NCBI RefSeq assembly: GCF_965363235.1
Contig: NC_134847.1
Coordinates: forward strand, 64,044,144 to 64,108,143
Direction: 5' to 3'
From: Mytilus galloprovincialis
Taxonomy: Eukaryota
DNA: 64,000 nt
Below, piece after piece: positions 49,144 to 62,893 of this stretch (position 1 is the first letter of the stretch; each line of letters begins with the position of its first letter). The notes beneath the pieces are model-generated. The model ran no database searches. It was not told the DNA's origin and worked only from the letters and a program-made list of their open reading frames with translations. Made by a program: the position numbers and the translations under genes.

Positions 49144-51166
49144 CGTTCATTTTTAGCTCACCTGGCCCGAAGGGCCAAGTGAGCTTTTCTCACCACTTGG
49201 CGTCCGTCGTCCGTCGTCGTCGTTAACAATTTACATTTTGAACTTCTTCTAGAGAACCACTGAATGGAATGGAACCAAACATGGCATGAATGTTCCTTAT
49301 GAGGTGCTGACCAAGAGTTGTTACTTTGTAGCCGATCCATCATCCAAGATGGCCGCCAGCGGCGGACTTAGTTTAACATAGGACCCTATGGGAAATGCAT
49401 ACAAATGACTTCTTTTAGAGAACCACTGAATGGAATGAAACCAAACATGGCATGAATGTTCCTTATGAGGTACTGACCAAGTGTTGTTACTTTGTTGCCG
49501 ATCCATCATCCAAGATGGCTGCTAGCCGGGGACTTAGTTTAACATAGGACCCTATGGGAAATGCATACAAATGACTTCTTTTAGAGAACCACTGAATGGA
49601 ATAAAACCAAACATAGCATGAATGTTCCTTATGGGGTGCTGACCAAGTGTTGTTACTTTGTAGCCGATCCATCATCCAAGATGGCCGCCAGCAGGGGACT
49701 TAGTTTAACATAGGACCCTATGGGAAATGCATACAAATGACTTCTTTTAGAGAACCACTGAATTGAATGAAAATAAACATGGCATGAATGTTCCTTATGA
49801 GGTGCTGACCAAGTGTTGTTACTTTGTTGCCGATCCATCATCCAAGATGGCCGCCAGCGGGGGACTTAGTTTAACATAGGACCCTATGGGAAATGCATAC
49901 AAATGACTTCCTCTAGAGAACCACTGAATGGAATGAAACCAAACATGGCATGAATGTTCCTTATGAGGTGCTGACCAAGTGTTGTTACTTTGTTGCCGAT
50001 CCATCATCCAAGATGGCCGCCAGCCGGGAACTTAGTTTAACATAGGACCCTATGGGAAATGCATACAAATGACTTCTTTTAGAGAACCACTGAATGGAAT
50101 AAAACCAAACATAGCATGAATGTTCCTTATGGGGTGCTGACCAAGTGTTGTTACTTTGTAGCCGATCCATCATCCAAGATGGCCGCCAGCGGGGGACTTA
50201 GTTTAACATAGGACCCTATGGGAAATGCATACAAATGACTTCTTCTAGAGAACCACTAAATGGAATGAAACCAAACATAGCATGAATGTTCCTTATGGAG
50301 TGCTGACCAAGTGTTGTTACTTTGTAGCCGATCCATCATCCAAGATGGCCGCCAGCGGGGGACTTAGTTTAACATAGGACCCTATGGGAAATGCATACAA
50401 ATGACTTCTTCTAGAGAACCACTAAATGGAATGAAACCAAACATTGCATGAATGTTCCTTATGCCGTGCTGACCATGTGTTGTTTCTTTGTAGCCCATCC
50501 ATCATCCAAGATGGCTGCCAGCATGGGACTTAGTTTAACATAGGACCCTATGGGAAATGCATACAAATGACTTCTTTTAGAGAACCACTGAATGGAATGA
50601 AATCAAACATGGCATGAATGTTCCTAATGTGGTGCTGACCAAGTGTTGTTACTTTGTAGCCGATCCATTATCCAAGATGGCCGCCAGCATGGACTTAGTT
50701 TAACATAGGACCCTATTGGAAATGCATACAAATGACTTCTTTTAGAGAACCACTGAATGGAATAAAACTAAACATTGCATGAATGTTCCTTATGAGGTGC
50801 TGACCAAGTGTTGTTACTTTGTAGCAGATCCATCATCCAAGATGGCCGCCAGCGGGGGACTTAGTTTAACATAGGACCCTATGGGAAATGCATACAAATG
50901 ACTTCTTTTAGAGAACCACTGAATGGAATAAAACCAAACATGGCATGAATGTTCCTTATGAGGTGCTGACCAAGTGTTGTTACTTTGTAGCCGATCCGCC
51001 ATCCAAGATGGCCGCCAGTGGGGGACTTTTGAATGAAATTAAACATGTTCCTTTCCTTATCAATGAGGTTGTGTTGTCACTTTTAGCCAAATTTTATATT
51101 TTTCATATGATTTCAAAAACCCAAGTAGAATCAGGTGAGCGATACAGGCTCTTGAGAGCCTCTAGT
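49144..51166 (+). mobile_element. Composite non-autonomous element: conserved hairpin head (ttcatttttagctcacctggcccgaagggccaagtgagc...cgtcgtcgttaac), internal 166-bp satellite array, conserved tail (caggtgagcgatacaggctcttgagagcctctagt)
   Basis: The head at 49144-49232 and tail at 51131-51166 are shared with the element at 62894-63700. The termini are imperfectly inverted (agctcacctg / caggtgagcg). The interior is a tandem array. Confidence 0.65.
49230..51020 (+). repeat. Satellite-like array, 166-bp unit x ~11, each unit with the GC-rich core catcatccaagatggccgccagcgggggac
   Basis: Exact 166-bp periodicity; for example the repeated minus-strand ORFs start at 49321, 49487, 49653, 49819 and 49985. 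Units are about 90-97% identical. The 62-aa MMDRQQSNNTWS... ORFs are artefacts of the periodicity. Confidence 0.9.
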
Positions 51167-54100
51167 TTTACATAAATAAGGCCGTTAGTTTTCTCGTTTG
51201 AATTGTTTTACGTTGTCTTATCGGGCCTATTATAGCTGACTATGCGGTATGGGCTTTGCTCATTGTTGAAGGCCGTACGGTGACCTATAGTTGTTAATGT
51301 CTGTGTCATTTTGGTCTTTTGTAAATAGTTGTCTCATTAGCAATTATACCTCATCTTCTTTTTTATATTTATTAATAGTTTTTTTATTCTTAAATATTCA
51401 TTACATCTACTCACATAATAAATTTAACAAATACATCAATGCTCTTTGGTTGGGTTGTTGTCTTTTTGACATATTCCCCATTTCCATTCTCAATTTTATT
51501 TCATTTTTTTTTGTTTAAAACTGCAATATCATAATGATGCATTGAATCAAAGAGATTAGGTTTTAATTGCTTTAAATTGACACCAATATAACTGAAATCT
51601 TTTGTTACAATTTTTACATCTAAATTTCTGATAAAAATCTCAATTGTACAAAAGTACTTTTAACAGGCTTTCATTTTCTTAACACAATTACTTTAAACAT
51701 GCATTTTTCAAATTAGAGTCTTTTGTGTCAACTTTTTTCCAGGTGAAAAATCCACTTTAGGGAACAAGTTAACTTTTGATTGATAGTATATTTGTTCAAA
51801 AGCCACAAATATTATATAACTGGGTATTAAAATCCCACCAGAGTTGATCTCATTATTTACACTGGGTATCTTATTGTTAGAAAATTATTTTATCAGCCTT
51901 TTCATGTTTAATTCTAAATATTTAGAGATAACACTTATACAGGGTCTAAAATCAATAAAAATCTAATGGTTATTAATTAAGTTGAAGGGAGCATAAAGTC
52001 AGATTGTCAATATTTTGGTCTCTTTTTTCATTTTGAGATTGTCCCCAAACAAAAGATAGCGGGAGTATGAATGGCTTGTATTCAACAACAAAGCAAGACT
52101 AGGACACATGTCATGTGTGTGAATCAATAGCCTCTACCATACTTCATCAAAATCTTGGATGTAGTAAACGATACATTGTAACATTGGATAACATTGGCAA
52201 ATTTTATGGGATGTTGTAAATTTTTAAATTGTTTGAACGTCAGCGGTTATTCGGTGACGGGAACCAATTGAAAGTTCACTGCTACGTAAATTTACTTAAG
52301 CAAATGTCAATAGAGTTTATGAATTTAAACGTTTAATTTAATGCAAAGGAAATGTAAACAGAGAACTCATGTGATATTAAAGACAAGACCCTTTGAAACA
52401 TGTTGAGTGGGTTCAAATTGCTCAGTGACACCCATGGTACGCAAGAGCTATTTGTAGCATTGTTCATTTTTGCCAGTTTATTATAAAGTCACATATAATC
52501 GATCCGTGTTTTGACCAGAAGGAAGCCTATAATAACATTTCTAGAAGTGATTGTTGCACTATTAATACTGTTGGATGTTTATTAATGCTATTTTCTGTGT
52601 CATATTATATGGATTTTATATTGTGGATTATTGTAACATGAGCAAATAAAGATGGCAAGGAATGATATAACTTCTAAATATCTTAAATTTAAAGGTAAGG
52701 TTCTACTTTTTTTTTTTAATAAAAATGGAATATGAATAAAAGAAAGAACACAAACAGGTATTGCAAGCTGAATTGGGTGTGAAAGCTTTATTTAAAAAGA
52801 TATTTTTTTTTACCATTTTAGTTTTTAATTGCTATAATGTTAAATTTCAAGCAAAATTCATTAAACCAAAATCTTGAATGACTTGATGATAATCAGATAG
52901 AACCCCATACATGTAAATTGAAATATGTGTACTAACCCCGCTTAGGTTGGATGAGAACCGAAATGTTGAGATATATACATGTTGAAATTACAATTTTTTA
53001 ATTGCCACGTTATGTTTCTCACCAGTTTGGTCCATATCATACCTTGACAGAGTTAGAACAAAAATTACAATTTCAACAAATATACCCTATTAGGATAGTA
53101 AATTATTTCAGTTTGTATGTATCAGTATGCCTTTCTTTTGACTAATGGGTGTTTTGTTAAAATTAAACATTTATTACAGGACTTTGTAATATTTATTTTG
53201 TGAGACCTATATTCAAACTTCTTTTTTTATTAGTTTATTTTTATGCATGTGATATATATTTAAATATTTTTTCATCCTTATATGTATAGTATCATAAATG
53301 CAGATTACTGAAATTGGATTTATGCAATATTTCCTTTTAATTATCAAAACATTTTTTTATGACTGTAAAAAGTGACTAAATCTTTTGTAACTCTATACAC
53401 CTGGCTTGTACTACAGACAAAGTTATTGGCTGACATATATATTTATTATTGTAAAGTTATCAAAAAAATGACTTAAATTGGATATTCAATGTCATAACAT
53501 CTGCTACGGTGTCTAACAGATTTAAGTAAGAATAGGAAATTATCTTATTAGAAAATGCGGACACCATATGTTGAATGATAAACACTCAGGAACTTAACAA
53601 ATTAAAGCTGACATTTCTGTCTCCTGAATCCTGATTATTACACATCAGACTGACATCAGTACTGTAATAATAATAGAAACAGTTATTGACTAAATCTGAA
53701 ATTATAGTAATTGATCAGAAATAGTAGTGGATGGTGTTCATGTCATTCTATGGGTTGTAAGATTTTAGCTTATGAGAATTGGACACATTTCCTCTCTAAA
53801 AATGGTATTTTGCCATGAAAATAAAGTCTTTTGTGATAGTATTCACAGAAAAAAAAACTAAATGAATGCAACACAATCTTGCTACACATGCATGACATGA
53901 ATTTATTAATTGTTTTGTTTATTATTATTTCTGTTGTAAATTCCCACTTCTATTGCTTGCATTACTCTTAAGGTCCACAGTGAGAAATATTTTATGGAAT
54001 TATAAGGGAAACATTATTAGAAATCAACCTCCTGGGAAAGCACTTTCCTACAAACCTAAAGTTGAGTTATCCTGCTAACTTTTACTATTCTGTAATGTCA

Positions 54101-57100
54101 GTGTATATTATTAGGAACCAACCTCCCCTAATAGCTTACTTATTGTCGTTGAAATATTCTTTACAGTCTTTGTATTTTAACTGGTAATAATAAATCAAAA
54201 GGTTTCAGTCCAGGTTTTAGGCAGATTGTATTGTGTTTTCATTGTTGAAGTTGCCAACTCAGCTCATGCCATTTACTTAACATATTATAGATTGTGTGGA
54301 TGTTGTTTATTTCTATTAAAATTAACCACTTCATTGAGAATTTGTTTCAAAGTTAGTTATCAGGTCTAAAATTTCACCATTATTTGATAATCAATTTCTA
54401 AATTAGCATATTAACATCAAAGGTGACTTTATCAGGTATCAAGTTCCTTATCTGAAGGAATTGCATGGGATTTTAGATTAGGAAATCTCTTGATTTACAT
54501 TTTAATTACAAATATGAATCTAGTGCTTACAAAAATCCTTTTTATAAACAAAAAATGTTACCAGTTGAACACATTTTGCTTATAAAGATAGAAATTGTAG
54601 TTTTACCATTTCAATTTCCCTTAGTGAGCCCCATTTGTATCGGTAAATCAAGGTCCTCTTCTCACCTGTTGTGAACAGGTCGGTTTGTAATTACTCGGTT
54701 AGATCCATCCAAACAATACTATCGCTAACACATTACTTGCACATGGATTAACCAGAATTATACCGCTGTCGTTAAACGTTACCGATAATCAAGACTACAT
54801 GCCCCTTATTATTATCAGACTAACAGTTTACTTTGGTCTTTAATCTATTGGATTTTACTCAGTTTGGAAACAAAGTTACAAAGGAGGAGAATATAATAGT
54901 AGAATTTTATGAATGATGTAACAATGTAAAGTGAATACCTTTTGACTACTTCCTTTCCTTTCAGGTCTTTCTAAACATTTTGTTTTGTGATAATTCTGAG
55001 TAATACATTCTTTCTTCAAGGATGAAATAAACTGACATGGACTTTTTTTTTTTTGGCCTGCTAGCTTTCTTGGACACTCCTTTGATACAACTTCTTATCA
55101 AAATATACATTAAGATGATAACAAGTCCTTATTAAATTCAGAAGTTTTGGATGCATTAAATTTTGCAATTGTTGATCGATGGGCACAGATGCTCGATTAA
55201 TGCTTGATAAATGCTCGATTAATCATTGCAATTTCTGAATATGCTGCAAACAAATAATGATACATCGCTTCAAAAATGTCTCAATTTTCAACCTATCATG
55301 TCTCAATTTTCGCAATAATCAATACATTCCAAAAAAATTTGAACTTTTAATACATGTAGTACATTCTGTATTACTAGACTCGGTTCTGAAGACCTGTTGG
55401 TGGCCTTGAGCTTTATCTTCTTTTTGGTCAGTTCTCTAAGACACATTCCCTATTTCCATTCTGTATACTACTATGTAACATCTTTTTGTACATTACTAAT
55501 GTTAACTGCAAAAAAAAAAGTTTGCCTTGGGTAAAACTATCTAATCATAAGGATTAGTTTATTGGGTTTCTATGTGCCTATTGCGTTTGGAACCTTACTC
55601 AATTATCAACTACAATGTATCTATGGTCTATTTTTTGGCCAATGGAAAATCTTACATTTTAATGGTTTTTACTTAAAGGTTGCTTTATTTGTGTAAAAAT
55701 GTTGCTTGTAGAAAAAAATCTTATTTCCAAGCCTTGATTGACACTAAGACTTAATATATGCCATCCACAAATAAAACTTTTAACTGAATTAAGAATGCGG
55801 TATAATGAAGTTGGAAGCTGTTTGATGTCTAAATAAGGTTACAGAATTTATTAAACTAGCTAGTAGCTTTTTGATATCTAGATAACACCAAAGTACTTAC
55901 TACTAAGTGGTTTTTGAGGACTTCAATTTGTTCAAATTAAAAATTTAAAAGAATATCGACCTTCCAGTAAATTGATTTGTGTGTTGTTATTTGGTTTGTT
56001 TATCAGTATATGGATATTTTGTCAGATTTCAACCTTTGGATTTAAAAAAAAAAATGGTTAATTGTCAATTGTTCCATCTATGAAAAGCTGTTCCATCTAT
56101 GAAAAGCTTTTACAGAAATAATTAAATGGACGCAGTTTACTTTTATACAATATTATATCAATGAATAACTTTCGTAAAATAACGGTATGCTTGGAAACTT
56201 GTTACTGACAAAGCTCAGGATATGTAACTTCAACTTATTATGTAAGAAAGTGTGTTACTAGAGCAAAATACATACCTTATGCTTTCATCGGTATAAGGTG
56301 GACTGAACTTTTTAAACATTTGCATAGTTCTTTTTTTTTTAATTTGCAAACAATAGCAAAAGCAAATATTTATGCTTAAAAGATATGTCAGAGGTCACAA
56401 GCCATCACAGGAAACCTTTATTATGCTTCCGTAAATTTTTGCAGTCTGTCCGTCTGAAACAAATGATTCCCATTTTGCCTATTAATCAAGCACAAAATTT
56501 GATAAATTGAATTTATTTAGGATTCATAGGATTTGTCTGCTGGAAATGTTTCAAAGGAAATTAATTTTACGATATTAATTGAGTAATAGTTTGTCAAATA
56601 GTCTACCTCCATAAACACTTATCAGCATACCTTATTAAGTACCAGTAGTTACTGGTATTGATCTGTTCATATAACTAGTCATATTAACTTTATATTTATC
56701 AAAGTAAATCAATATTTATAGAACTTACAAAACTTGTAGAACTATTATATACAAACACTGTGTTTATTCAGATTAAGGCATTAAAGACTCTTTGACAAGT
56801 AATAGAAAATCATTGATACATATGTGCGTCAGTCACAAATTAAAGACTTGATGTCAGGACAGTTCAGAACATAGTGAATTCATTTATTTTTTGGGGGAAC
56901 CAATTTTTTGGGATTGAGGCCAAATTGGTTATTGTCGGAATTATTGACTTTATGGTTTTACTAAAGTCTATATGCCAACTTTTAGAAATTTATACTTTGT
57001 TGAATATTAATTTTATGGTATTTGTATACCTATGAAATCTATAAAAGTTTATAAGTCACAAATAATTATGAATCTAGAGTAGAAAAATGTATGAGCAGAG

Positions 57101-58954
57101 GGAATATGCCAATAATTGTCCAAATTAAGTTACAGATGTTCAAATGTTTCAGATAGCTCTTCAAGATCTGTGATTTAGAAACACTTACTTCCAATACTTT
57201 AAAATGCAAATGGGTGCTTGCTTATTATAGCAATGCGTGCATTTTTTATGGAACAACCCAACTACAACACCAAAACCAGAACAACTTTTACTTAGGTCAA
57301 TGAGACCAGAAACCAGCAACTCACAAAAAAGATACATCAGGTTGGTCAATGAGACAGCAGCCCAACAACGCCTAAAACAATCCCAATGACATCTTGTAAG
57401 GTAAAAGACATGGCAATCCAATAACACAAAGAAGCCTGACTAGACATCTAACAATATAGAAATAAGAAGAAGTGATATGTGTGCACTTCCAATGAGACAA
57501 CTCTCCATCCAAGTTACAATGTGTAAAAAGTGAACACTTAAAAAAATGAGATATGTTGAATGTATGAAAGAGGCAGCATCACAACAACCGTAAAAAAACC
57601 AATGACATCTAGAGGTAGCCATTTGGTCCTCTACAATAAACTTGGGCCTTTCCAAAGGTCAAATCTCTAAAAGGCCTTTTAACAGTTGTTGCATAGTTAG
57701 TAACAGTAATAAAGAATTTTGCCTAACAGCATGGTGCTACATATAGTATTGTGATGCTTAGTTGTGCATTGTATTTATGATATGACAATATAATAATACT
57801 TTTATAATTATGTCTGCAACTCACATCTACTTGAGTTATAAGTAGTCAGCTATGTTGAAATTCTACATACATCTCACTGGAGAAGAAATCTAAGGTTTAA
57901 ATTGCATTATTTTAATCTTAAAGTTGTCACAGAACATATTTTTCATGACACTTTTATTCATTTTTGTGACACCATTATTCAAGCAAACTTTTATGTACAA
58001 TTAAGCATTAAGATCTTGCAATTTAATATGTTTATTTTCTTATTAAACATTGTTAAAAATGTAAAATTATGCAGTTTGATTAAAAAAACGTCTACCTATA
58101 TGTGAATTTCTGCACCTTGAAGAAACTAAGTAACACATTATTCAAGCAACATTATTGAAACCTGAAATTTTATCACTTAAAAAGTCATCAAAGGCTAGCC
58201 TGAACTGTCTGTATGTTTATAGTGTACAGGTTGAGTTGGTATAACCCTTAGGCAGTTCACATATTTTTTTCATCTGATTTATAAAAAAATAGTGTCTTAT
58301 ATTGAAAAAGATTGCTCATCCATAAAGCTGTATTTATTTATTTTCACAGGATGAATTATCTGTTTTAAATTAGGTCTCCTTCCTGGGGAGAGTGTCAAAG
58401 GTCCTTTGCCAAAAAAAGTATAAACAAACATCAAGAAAATATATTATAGCCTCAAGTTTGTTCATAGAAACATTTCTGTAATTTACATTGCATTTTCCTC
58501 ATGAATTACTTACAATTTGGAAATTATGCAAAAGAAGCATTACATACATATATAGATGTGTCTAGCTACTTGTTGAAGCAACAGGGTTGATTAATTGATT
58601 GATTGTTGGTTGCATTTTATCCAGTGGCAAATATTTCATAAATGTTCAGAATGAGCAAATCAGCAATAAATACTATAGGCAGGACCTGTTAGGGGGGCGT
58701 TCTGGGATGTAGATTTGGGAAAATTGGACTGCCACTGGAAAATGAAGGTATATTAGATAGATAAATGTGAAAAATGCCATGGAAAAAGGGAATTATAAAA
58801 GTATTTTTGGATTAATGTAAAACAAATGACTGCAAATCATTATTTAATCTATCTGCTTTTAAAAGTATTGATGACTAATCTTGTTGTTTGTGAGAATGCA
58901 GCTCTTCAACATGTGAAAACATACATGTTTTTGGTTTTAATGGTTTTGTACTAG

Positions 58955-59090
58955 TCACTTTTTGGGCCCTTTATAGCTTGCTGTTTGGTGTGAGCCAAGG
59001 CTCCTTGTTGAAGACTGTTCTTTGACCTATATTGGTTTACTTTTACAAATTGTGACTTGAATAGAGAGTTGTCTCATTAGCACATCTATT
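58955..59090 (-). repeat. SINE-like repeat family B (caatgagacaactctccatccaagtcacaatttgtaaaagtaaacc...ggctcacaccaaacagcaagctat.aagggccc)
   Basis: It matches, as a reverse complement, the other copies at 61665-61795 (+) and 57485-57545 (+, partial). Related sequence lies at 51215-51345 directly 3' of the first composite element. Confidence 0.65.
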
Positions 59091-60147
59091 GACATAAATT
59101 CAGGCTCAAAAGGAATTCATTTAGTTTGACTCATGAATCACCAATCATATTCTGTCCATAGAATTGTTACTGCTGAGCTAATTGATAGCCAACAGAAATT
59201 ATAAGTATACCCAAAAGAGAAAACTATAAAAAATAACCTTGAACTGTTGGACAAGGGAATTGTAAATATATCATGAGAAAAACCATAAATACTTTTAAAC
59301 TTTAATGTGATATTAATTCCTATAAATCATACATTCTAAAAGAGGGTTTTTAAGTCATAATTTATGAAAGAATTAAAGCAATGAAAGTTACAATTCTATA
59401 ATTTAAAATGATTACTTTGCTTTTTGTTAAATGTGAATATTTTTAAATCATGCTATAAGTAAAAGTTAAGGTACATTACCTTTATGAAAGAATCATGACT
59501 TTAATGGGAAAGTTTGATTTTGGGAAACACTAACAGAAAATGAGGGAGAGTTTCGTTTCTACGACCTTGACTACCCATGAGAGTCTTGCACAGTCCGTAT
59601 TTAAACAGAAAACAAGGAAAGACTGCAACAACCTTTATATAAAGATTGTGTCTGAAGGGTTCAATTTAAAAGATGTATATATGATCTTTTTTTTAATTAC
59701 TTGAAAAAATATTATGTAACTTTCAAAGAAACCTCTATGCCAGTTTTATTCTGACCATGTTAACTGAAAATAGATATGGCAAAAAAAAAAGATGCTGAAC
59801 TATCTCTTTTTTTTGGACAAGTTAATATTGTAAAATACAAAAAAAATGAATCCAGAAATTATATTGATATTAATAATTTAACAGACAACAAATTATCTTA
59901 GTCATCTCAGAATTTCTAGCTGCCATCCTTGTCAAAAGTTACAGATGGGAGTTCAATACTGATAAATCTTGAAAAGTCCTACAGGGACAGCGTCGATATG
60001 TTTTGCAGCGATGTGTTGCAGCGTAGAGTCAAAACGTGGGATTTTAGACATAATATTGGTCTCACTACTTCCCCAATCCATTTCCCTTATCTTATTATCA
60101 CTTTCAAATCATCGTATAATTCATTTAGAATCTCTTGTGTGTTTCAG

Positions 60148-60209
60148 ATGAACGGGAAGATGTCCAGAAGAAGACATTTACCAAATGGATCAATTCACAG
60201 TTGTCAAAG
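60148..60209 (+). CDS. Calponin-homology (CH1) actin-binding-domain exon: (D)EREDVQKKTFTKWINSQLSK
   Basis: Acceptor tgtgtttcag and donor GTACAT bound the exon, which has incoming phase 1. The peptide matches the start of CH1 in beta-spectrin, plakins and dystrophin (EREAVQKKTFTKWVNSHL / DERDRVQKKTFTKWVNKHL). The ATG at 60148 is in a different frame and is not the start codon. Confidence 0.65.
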
Positions 60210-61478
60210 GTACATTTAAGAAATATAAGTCATCCTTCTGAAAATTTTCGCTGTAAGTGGAAATCGGTGAAACATGACATATTACAGAAGTACTAATGTG
60301 GCAGTCAAAATAATGATGTAACGTAACACTTACTTTGTGTGGTCTAAGTGAGTCTAAATACAAAGAGATTTATCATAAATGTTTTTTACGAAGAATAAAC
60401 AAGGTCACTATTAAGCATGTATAGAAAAAGTTTTTCATAATATTATTTTAGTTATTACACAGTTTACACTAAAGAATTGGTTTCAATTATCCCCATTTGT
60501 TTTTTCTGAGGTTCATGAATGAATGATTTCTGAGTTATTAAAATTCATTGCATTATCCATTGACAATTATAGTAAAAAAAAATTACCTACATTTGCCTAT
60601 AAAAAATTTGGTCATACCATATGACAAAATGATGGGTACTTTATTCATATGATTTGTACCACGTGACTTTGCCCTTTTGGTTAAATTACTTCCCTTAGTC
60701 TAAGATTGAAATATAAATTATATCAAATTTGCTGATAATTCAGCCCTTTACCGTCATGGATTGAAGACTTCCTTCGGCGGATATTTACAAAAAAGTTGTG
60801 TAATTCTAAGGGAAAATGCTGAAAATTTACTTTTTACGAAATGGGTAGGTTGAAATCATCATGTTTTTAAAAGAATTTGGCCGAAAACTTATGAAAGCAG
60901 GTATAAGTTAAAAGTTATTTACCTTTAAAATTCAACCTATAAGGTATTTTTCTATATGCGGACAAATCATGAACAATATCTTCTTGTATCTTGATTTCTG
61001 TTTTGAATTTTGGTTTTATACGAATTTTATGATTTTTCGCTATTTTATATAACAATCATACTACGGTTACGCTTCTGGTTTTCAAACTTAAAAGGATGAA
61101 TTAAAGTTTTCAAAGTAGACAATACTCATTTCTACATGAAAAGAACCCTAAAAACATGTACAATTCACCTATATGCGGACAAATTATTAATACAGCATAG
61201 GATTGGCATATTGAAATTTTTATTTAAGGGCCATATATAATCCTATTGTAATAAGACAAAATGGCTGCTATGCAAATTGGCAAAGTACCCCATATTTTCC
61301 CATATGCTATTTTTTGGAGACAGCACATTTCATCTATTTATACAATTCCAAGTTCAAATGATCATATCATAGCCAAATTAATTTTAAAAAATTATATTTA
61401 TGTTATACATGTAGATATAAGAGAAAAAGATATTTTTTTTAGCAGCAAGTTAAAGGTAAATGCATTTTCTTTTTGCAG

Positions 61479-61571
61479 GCCAGCAGACCAACCTTAAACA
61501 ACTTGTTCACAGATCTCAAAGATGGCACCCACCTACTGTCATTACTGGAGGTCCTCAGTGGATTGTCATTG
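61479..61571 (+). CDS. CH1 domain exon 2: [31 protein letters not shown]
   Basis: Acceptor ttttgcag and donor GTTAGT bound the exon, phase 0/0, in frame with the previous exon. It matches the beta-spectrin/plakin CH1 consensus ([26 protein letters not shown] / [26 protein letters not shown]). Further exons would lie beyond the right edge. Confidence 0.65.
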
Positions 61572-61664
61572 GTTAGTTCATACATGTTGTCCGTTACAAT
61601 ACATTGTATAAAGAAAATGGCTAATGCTCTTTTGACAAATAGATATAAGAAGACGTTTTATGAG

Positions 61665-61795
61665 TCCCAATGAGACAACTCTCCATCCAAGTCATAATTT
61701 GTAAAAGTAAACCATTTATAGGTCTTAGCTCACACCAAACAGCAAGCTATGAAGGGCCCCAAAAATGACGTGTGAAATCCATTTAAATGGGAAAA
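61665..61795 (+). repeat. SINE-like repeat family B copy, inside the intron following the CH-domain exon
   Basis: See 58955-59090. The overlapping 66-aa ORF at 61473-61673 is an exon read through into the intron and repeat. Confidence 0.65.
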
Positions 61796-62893
61796 CCAAT
61801 GGTCTAACCTTTATATAAACGAGAAAGGGAAACATTTATGAACCATTTCAACAAACCACAACCACTGAACATTAGGTCTCTGACAGGCGCAAACAAATGC
61901 AGCGGGTTTAAAAGTTTTAATAGGTACCAACCTTCACCCTTACCTGGAACAATAGTGTAAATACCCCATTTAAGCTTTATATGTTCTAGTGTGCTTGAAT
62001 CAAATAACTGCACACTTTTCAAAGTTGTTGGGATTGGTAAATGCTAATCTGTATTGTCTCAACTTTTCTGCACCAATCAATGGAAAGCAGCATCAGTTTT
62101 GTTGTCGAGTTTTGAGTGTACTATAAGTTTTACATTTTCAATCCAAAGTTTAAATCCCAGTACAGATGATACCATATCCTTTCCTTTCCTTTGATTATAA
62201 TCTATGGAGGTGTGAAGTGGAAGATAAATGTGATTTATCATATGCAAATTAATATTGCAACATAAAATATAGAATTCAGACAATTTCTGTTTGTTTTGGG
62301 ATATTTTATGTTTATCCCATACTTAAATAGAATTAACATTTGTGGATTTTTTAGCAAATTTATTTGAATCCAAGCATTCAAATTTCAACACTAAATATAA
62401 ATTATGTACTTTGAAATATATCTTTAAGCTCCTTCACATGAAGTGTGGGAGGTATGTAGGATTCACTTTGTTGATCTGTCTCTCTGTTCATCTGTCTATT
62501 TCTACCCCTAAATCTCTCTGTATAAGGTTATAGAGCATGTCCTTTCTTATACTAAATATAGATATATACAATATTAAGAAGATTTGCAGGCATTAAAAAA
62601 AAAATGAAATTACAAAAATTCTGAACTTTAAGGAAAATACATCATGGAAAGTCCCTGATCAAACCGCAAAATCAAAATCTCACACCTATCAAATGATTGA
62701 ACAACACCTGTCATATTCCTGTCTTGGTACAGGCATTTTCTTTTGAAATGTTGGATTAAACATGGGTTTTTGCTAGCTAAACCTCTCACTTGTAAATTGG
62801 ATTATCATTGTTATTTTCAAAATTCAGAATTTCAACTAACTAAGTTCAGTCAGTAATAACCAATGTTGAAATAATTACCGTAAGTGAACTGTT

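Noticed and set aside
49158-51002. Series of about seven 61-62-aa minus-strand ORFs (MMDRQQSNNTWSAPHKEHSCHVWFHSIQWFSKRSHLYAFPIGSYVKLS...) spaced exactly 166 bp apart
   Set aside because: They are successive translations of the same 166-bp satellite monomer, each ending at a stop within the unit. The periodicity equals the repeat length, so these are not paralogous genes.
49230-51020. Regular tandem repeats considered as a possible CRISPR-like array
   Set aside because: The genome is eukaryotic. The 166-bp units are contiguous with no unique spacers and no cas genes nearby, so this is satellite DNA.
60148-60150. ATG at the very start of the first CH-domain exon (frame MNGKMSRRRHLPNGSIHSCQ)
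   Set aside because: The conserved CH1 peptide (EREDVQKKTFTKWINSQLSK) is in the -1 frame relative to this ATG and is in phase with the next exon. The ATG frame gives a non-homologous peptide, so the exon is internal with incoming phase 1.
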